Below are positions 23,430 through 30,207 of a DNA stretch of 30,207 nucleotides, one piece after another. Numbering within the stretch: the first letter of the stretch is position 1; each line of letters starts with the position of its first letter. Below the pieces are notes generated by a model. It saw nothing but the letters and a program-made list of their open reading frames with translations. It ran no database searches and was not told the DNA's origin. The position numbers and the translations under genes were made by a program. Source of the stretch: Geosiphon pyriformis uo1 (Eukaryota; Fungi; Glomeromycota). The stretch lies in contig JAAOMT010000545.1 of NCBI GenBank assembly GCA_016748015.1, forward strand, positions 5,923 through 36,129, given 5' to 3'.

Positions 23430-25777
23430 TAAACTTTTTGGCGAAAGACAAATATTTATGAGAAAATTTTACAATTTATGGTATTATTAGCAAACGTAAG
23501 TTTTTCTTTTAAAAATAATCATTCTATTATGGGTTGTAAGCTTAACCAGCTTTTATTTTGAACTTTTTAGACTATGATTAATAAATTTAAGTTCTTCAAT
23601 ACGCTGAAGGAGGCGCTCTACGTCATTACCTGAAAACTAAATTTAGCAAAATGACTGGTCAAACTTAAATAAAGTTTGCCCAAGATATCGCAAATGGAGT
23701 TGCATGTTTGCACAGTGAAAATATTATTCATCGAGACTTGGTAAGTAAATTAATATTTGGCTAATTATTCAAGAAGGTTTTACCATTTTTTAAAATTTCT
23801 AATTATAAAATACCTCAGAACTCCCTAAATATTCTCGTTCACAGAGACACTATAAAGATTGCTGACTTTGGCCTATCCAAAGATATCAAAAAGAATAAAA
23901 TTGCTTTTCTGTAGTTTGTGGTCATCCATCATACGTAGAGCCACAATGTTTTTTGAAACAAAATCATGAGCGTGATCAAAAATCTGATATATACATAGTA
24001 TTGGCGTTATTTATTGGGAATTAACCAGTGGCCGTACGCTGTTCAATTATAGTCAAAATTGAATTGTCGGGGGTATGAATTTTCTCTTATGATGTTATTT
24101 TCATAAAAATTTACTTATTAGATGCCTTCTTAATTTTTCATTATTTTAAATTTCAAATTGATCACGGTAAACGAGAAACATCAATTTCCGGGACACCAGA
24201 GGAATATGTAAAACTCTATACAGAATTTTGGGATGGTGAAACAACCAAGCGTCCAGATATTGAAGAAGCATCCCAAAGGCTTTTAAAAATTGTAATGGAC
24301 GGAAACTCCCACGAGAACAACTGATAAAACGATGGAGTTAAATTTTTCTTCTTTGAATATTAACGATGATGATAACAAGAACAGCAGCAACAACAATAAT
24401 AGTAATAGTTTTAGCACTATTGACCAAATTCATTCCACTACTAACAACAATAGTTCTAGCATTACTGAACTAATTTATCCCACCACTAGTTACCCTTTTC
24501 CAAATAATTCTGTACCAATTGATCCCACGACAAGTTATCTCTCTTCAAACACCTTTGCACCAACTCATCCCACTAATAGTTATCCTTCTCCCAATAATTC
24601 TAGACCAATTCATTCCACAAATAATTATCCTTTCCCAAACACCTCTGAATCAACTCATGCAATGACTAGTAATCCCCCTTCAAATAACTCTGCATCAGAA
24701 CATTCAACTAATAATTATCCCTCTCCAAACCCCTCTGCACCAATTTGTTTGACAATTACTCATCCCCCTCAAAACACCTCTGTATCAATTCATTCCCAGA
24801 CTAGTTATCCCTCTTCAAACACCTCTGCACCAAACCATTCAACTAATAGTTATTCATCGCCAAACCATCCACCAATTGATGTAACAACTAGTCATCCCCC
24901 TGCACTAAACCATTCAACTAATAATTATCCATTGTCAAACACATCGCCACCAACTCATTCGACGACTAATCATCCCCCTCCAAACACCTCTGTACCAATT
25001 TACTCCTACTCTTCAAACACTTTTGCACCAATTGATTCGATACCCAATCCCTCTATCAACAACTTTGCACCAATTCATTCCACAACTAGTTATGGCCTCC
25101 CAAACATCTTGGCACCAATTTAATCCACAAAAAGTAATCCTCTTCCGAACAACTCCAATTCATTCCACGAATAGCTACGGCCTCTCAAACACCTCTACGC
25201 CAAATCATTCCACAAATAATTATTCTGCAAACAACCCTGTGCCAAAAAATTCGACTAATATTTATAGCTTTCCAAACACCACTGAACCTTATATCAATAA
25301 TTCAAGAGAGAAGACGTTAATTAATCATATTTTGGAAATTGTAAACAGGGCTGTGAATACCGCCCTCTCTGATCGACAAATGAGTCAAAAAATTACGAAT
25401 TATCTAAGAGCAAATCATGTTGCTCCAGAATCCATTTTTAACATTTTGAACGCCAATATCAAAAATCCTCCCCAATATACTTTTCTTCTTGATCTTTATT
25501 ATGTGTATGGAATTGGCACCAGTGTCAATTTAGCAGAGGCTTATAAGCTTATACATTAGGTGTTAATGAAGGAGATATTTTAGCAAAGGTATATTTAGCT
25601 GTTGCTTATACTATGGGGTCAGGCACTACTATGGTCTCTAATGCACTATCAAAGGATTCCTAACCGTGGACATCCATTGCAACAAGTTCTTTTTGGGATG
25701 GCATATGAACAGGGAATTGGGACAGTACCAAATTTTCTTATGGCTAGTCAATACTATATACAGGCAGCCAAAATGGA
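23430..25777 (+). pseudogene. TKL protein kinase / repeat linker / Sel1-repeat pseudogene, copy 2 (more 5' sequence retained)
   Basis: EKILQF/YGIISK, intron 23496-23570, VLQYAEGGALRHYLKTKFSK, KFAQDIANGVACLHSENIIHRDL, intron 23741-23818, NSLNILVHRDTIKIADFGLSK, GHPSYVEPQCF, KSDIY/SIGVIYWELTSGR, intron from 24073 with acceptor mutated (AAG>AAT at 24151), GKRETSISGTPEEYVKLYTEFWDGETTKRPDIEE. Linker 24332-25295; Sel1 repeats ~25470-25777. 5' boundary uncertain. Confidence 0.92.
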
Positions 25778-26717
25778 GCAAACGTTTACTCGGATCAATC
25801 CCAAATCCCAAATCTCAGAGAACTTTGTATTAAAGAATAAGGCAACAAATTATAAAAATTGTGAAACAAGTAATTGAGAATGAGCTATTAAATTTAATTT
25901 AAAATTTTTTTTCTGAATTAAAAATCTTAAAGTGAATGATGGAAATGAAAATAAATTCTTTCACAAATTAATGTTCTGAAATTTTCTGAACTTCTAAATA
26001 TTTCTTACAAATTGAGTATTTAATATATTTTCACTGAATGAAATTTATGTCTAAAAGGTCATTTTAGATAAACACAAAATATAAACACGCTCAAAGCTAT
26101 GTTATTTTCTAAAATATATTAGAAAGATTATTCATTTTTTGATATTCCTTCTTTCTGTTTTAAGTTTTAATTAGAAGCAAGATCTTATTGGTCCTAACCA
26201 GTAATACTCAAAGTTTCAGGTTATAGGGAAGGTTTTTGACATAAAAATTAGTTAAGGCAAATTGTCTTAGGAAGGAAAGCGCGGCACTCATATATTCGAT
26301 TAAACCCTCCCACCCAGGGTTCAAACCCTGTGTGGGGCAAATCAAATATAGATTATCTGTCCGGGAAGACATAAAACTATCCGTCGATGGAAGATGACGC
26401 TAATTAACCCATCTGATATGATGTAAATCTACCCATCTGATATGATGTAAATCTTCCATCCGAAATGATGTAAAACTATGTTTTTTTTTCATCCAGTATG
26501 ACGTAACCCTTCCGAGAACAATGTGAAGCAACATTTAATAAAGTAAATAATTCTGAGCCCCAAACAAAATATAAAGGTATTTTTTTATGGTCTAGTGAAA
26601 ATAACATGTTTCGCAAATAAACCAGCTAAAGAATAAAAAAAGATAAAGAGGGTATTTAACTCAAATCCACGGCTTTGACAAAATTATTTAGCCAAATTTG
26701 CAAAATATAGCTTTTTT
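23673..26717 (+). repeat. Segmental direct duplication of 3844-7134
   Basis: Colinear from AGTTTGCCCAAGATATC to AAATATAGCTTTTTT, including introns, linker, Sel1 repeats and the fused inverted repeat X. Confidence 0.95.
25778..26717 (-). repeat. Repeat X, copy D (tRNA-like module at 26256-26339, + strand)
   Basis: Direct match to 6242-7134. Retains a ~110-bp segment (25940-26050) that is present in copy B but deleted in copy C. Confidence 0.92.
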
Positions 26718-29700
26718 ACTCTTTTTGAATTCAAAATTTTATTAGCTTCAAATTTATTGTTATTTTTGAATTAAATAAGTGGAGGTAACTTTTTTGTTTG
26801 CTTAAGTGAGTTTGAATTATAATATAGTTTCAATTAAAAAACATGAAAAATATTATAGATTCTAAAATATATCAGCAATCTTAACTTGTAAATCACAAAT
26901 TTAATCTAACAAGTTATTTTAAATGAATTAAATTTCTTTTAATTCAACTTATTACAAAGTTAAATTGTTTTAATGTTGTATTATAAAAGCCAAACTTTAT
27001 TACTTATTGCCTTTTATTTGTTTTTTCTTTTTATTTATTGATATTATTTTTAGGTTTATAGATTAACTTTTTTTAAATCTCTTAAATCTTAGCAATATAT
27101 TTTTTAACAATAAAACTTACTGATTTTCTGACCATAAAAGTATTGAATCAAGAATTTTATTTATCATTTTAATTGAAATTTAGAAGATATTATTGTATGT
27201 AAATTCTGTTAATAATACTAGATTGAACCAATTATTTTGTTAATAATTCATAAAACATTATAAGTACTATACTAAAATGTAATTAATATTTTTATCTAAC
27301 TATTGGTATAAAAGTAAAATATTAAAGATTACAAAATTTAATGCTAAAAAACTCAAAAAACGCATTTAAAATCAAAACACAAATTAAAAATTAATCTTTA
27401 AAACCATTTTAAAATAAGCAAAAATTATAACAAACTAAAAAGCAAAATATAAAAAAGTTTAAACCAAAAGCAAATATTACTTAATTTTATATATATTTCA
27501 ATAACTTTTTTTTACCGTGGCTACTAAAATTTTTAATAATTAACTTCATATCTTTTATAATAGATAAAATAGAATTCAAATATTATTAATAATTTTCTTG
27601 GCAAAATTATTAATACTTGTAGCTTATTTAATTGCTTTTAAAAGCTTTAAATCAACACAAAAGGAAAAAAAAGCAGTAATTTCCTATTTTTTAGCTTTGA
27701 ATAACATAGTTTTTTGTTAAACATAAATTTCATTACTTTTTTTTCAAATAATGTAAAAAAGTATTTATTTTGTTCTGGAATAATAAGAAATTTGAAATTA
27801 AAATCTGCCAAAAAAATTGACCACTAGACTTGTTTTTAATCTAGTATTTGTATTATTATAAAATATTAGAGATTTTTGTAATTATAAAAAACAATTACCA
27901 AATACTAGTACTAATAAAATAATATTATTATTGCTTAAAAGCAGCAATAATTGTCGAAAGCTTTTTATCATAAATTTTATATTGGTTTCCTGAATAGAAA
28001 ATTTATGCCAATAAAAAACAATAAGATATAACTAATTATTTGATCTTAGTTGTAATAAACTAGTCTCTAGTACAAAATAAAAACATTAGTCTCAATAATA
28101 TATTGTTTAACAAGATTACATAAATTAATATATATAAAAAAGTAAAAACTTGTTTTAAAATTTAAATGCATTATTAACTTAGGATGATCATACAACCAAT
28201 TTTTTCTTTTTTGACAAAACAGTCAATAATGTTATTATCTTGAATAATTCTTAATAAATTATTAATAAAAATTGGTAAATCCAAAGAATTTTTGAACATT
28301 TTTTACAAAACAAGGCATTTTCTAATCCAAAATTGTTAAAATCTTCTTAAAATTTATTAAAATATTTTAAAAAAAACGATATACTTAAGAAATTCAACTT
28401 AAAACTGGTTAAACTTGTATTTCTTATGCTTAATATATAATTTACACTGTCATAATTACTTTAATATTTGACATATATATATTTTATGCTCTTTTTGGTT
28501 TTTAGAATAAATAAAAATTTAATCTAAAGAATTTTTTAAAATATTATTTATTAAATATTAAAACACAGCAGAAGCATTTGTTAATTTAAAAAGCATAAAT
28601 AAATACTTAAAATAGTTATAATGCATTTAAAAAGTCATTTTTATTCATTTTTTTTATGTATTTATACCAAGTTGTAAATATTTTAAAGATCAATCTTTGT
28701 AAATACATAAACAAAATATAACTGATCCAATAAATTCAAAATTAAGAGTAATAAATATGGATTTTTAAATATAATTTAATTAAAACCTGGTATTTCATAA
28801 AAAATCTAAAAATGCCATTTTTAATTTTAAAAAAAAGTATTAAGAAATTTATTAAAAACTTAAAATAATTAACAAGTTCTGAATTATGCTTTTTTACTAA
28901 TATATTAAATATAGCTTTAACTAATAAAGTTTTTTTAGAATTTTTTGATTAACAGCTATTGATATTTTAAATATATTGAAATATTTAATAATATGTGTTT
29001 TTTATTTAATCAATAAATTATGCAGCTATAACCAAGATAATATTAAAATAATAGTATAATTTAGACTCTTAATAACATTGAAAATAGTTTTTTGATGTTC
29101 AATAATAACAAAAATCAACTACTGGATATTTAATTAATATTTTTTAAAATAATAAAACATTTATTAATAATTTGTAATAATATAGAGTGTTGTTTTTAAA
29201 TAAACAAAATATTATGTTAAACTGCAAAATTCTAATCAATAAAACAAGAAATAACATTTGAATTAATTAGTGTTTCTGTAATTATACTAAAACTAAACTT
29301 GATAGTCTAAATCTAACAGTATAACTAAACTAAAAACATAACTAGAAATCTAACATCGAACTGTTAATAAATGTTAGATTTTAAAACTAAAACAGAAACT
29401 TGCTCTGAAGTAATAATAGATTTAATTTACTATACTAACAGAACTTTCAATACTAGTTACAGAAGTTAGAATATACAAATGTATAGTCCTTACTGCATTT
29501 AGACCTAAGCATTTTTTGGCAAAGCTGTTAAAATTTTATTAACTGGTTTCATAGAAAATTATTGAGCAATATGGCCAGATCTTTTACAATATAAACAGAA
29601 ATTATTACTCCACCAACGAATTTTTTCGCTTCTATAAGTGGTTTGTAACAAGTTATATCAATTTGTATTGAATTATCTCAAAATAAAACTGACAGCCAAC

Positions 29701-30100
29701 TATCTACAGAGGATTAAACAGATACAGAATTACAAGCATAATTTCGAAAACTTCATTCCTTATGATGTTCAAGGAGTCAATTATTACAACAAATTGTATT
29801 TCCAATAGCTTTACTTAATGTATTGGCATTCAACAAGATTAGCAACAAGTCTTGAACATTAATACACAACTTAAAACAGAATTAATTAATTAATGTTTTC
29901 TTTCTCAATTAACATTACATACAAGCTGCTAAAATTTTGCAGCATATATCCCAGCAGACTGATTCTCTTGTTAAAAGTGGCATAACTGGTTGGCCAAAAC
30001 TCAGGCCTTGTCTGTATTCCCAAAGCCGATTCACAAATGTTCTGAAACAGTCTGGAATTTCTCTGATCAAATATTTCCTCGTAACAATTAACCTCTTGGT
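26718..30100 (-). mobile_element. Ty3/Gypsy LTR retrotransposon relic (chromovirus type), gag-PR-RT-RH-IN-chromodomain start; hypermutated, no LTR recognisable
   Basis: Minus-strand translation in canonical order. Gag: FGNTDKA*VLANQLCHF*QENQSAGIYAAKF*QLVCNVN*E (~30030-29910). Zinc knuckle: NNFCLYCKRSGHIAQ*F (~29608-29558). Protease: TLINSNVISCFID*NFAV*HNI (~29273-29208) and IILILSWL*LHN (~29053-29018). RT: LLDQLYFVYVFTKIDL*NIYNLV*I (~28734-28660), LTNASAVF (~28584-28561), VEFLKYIV (~28398-28375). RNase H: YIIETN and KIYDKKLSTIIAAF (~28105-27938), WSIFLADFNF (~27823-27794). Integrase: YL*CFMNY*QNNWFNLVLLTEFTYNN (~27266-27190), KVWLL*YNIKT...RIYNIFHV (~26998-26840). Chromodomain start: LPPLI*FKNNNKFEANKILNSKR (~26788-26720). 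Confidence 0.9.
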
Positions 30101-30207
30101 ATTTATATAAATTTTCTTCTTATGTTAATTATTAATAAATCATTAATCCAACTGTTAATTTTTAATCATATATATGAAATAGTATTAATTATTGTGTATT
30201 TGTTATT

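Overview
Eukaryotic, very AT-rich fungal DNA with short (75-130 nt) GT-AG introns. The tyrosine-kinase-like (TKL) kinase + Sel1-repeat family and the composition point to an arbuscular mycorrhizal fungus (Glomeromycotina); this is inferred, not proven. One apparently intact gene is present: a 4-exon, ~520-aa protein of unknown function (17363..15509, minus) in a CpG-retaining, microsatellite-rich island. The rest is repeat or relic DNA. (i) Two pseudogenised copies of a TKL kinase / 15-aa-repeat linker / Sel1 gene (3844-6241 and ~23430-25777) share the same frameshifts and the same 3' fusion. (ii) An unnamed repeat 'X' occurs in four partial copies (424-~740 +, ~2250-3820 +, 6242-~7940 -, 25778-26717 -). 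It carries a tRNA-like A/B-box module, a ~24-nt minisatellite and gene fragments, and two copies form ~1.4-1.7 kb inverted arms around kinase copy 1. (iii) A chromodomain Ty3/Gypsy retrotransposon relic (~26718-30100, minus) is absent from the ORF track because it is saturated with C>T/G>A transitions, a RIP-like signature. All alignments and translations were done by eye, so boundaries marked ~ are approximate.
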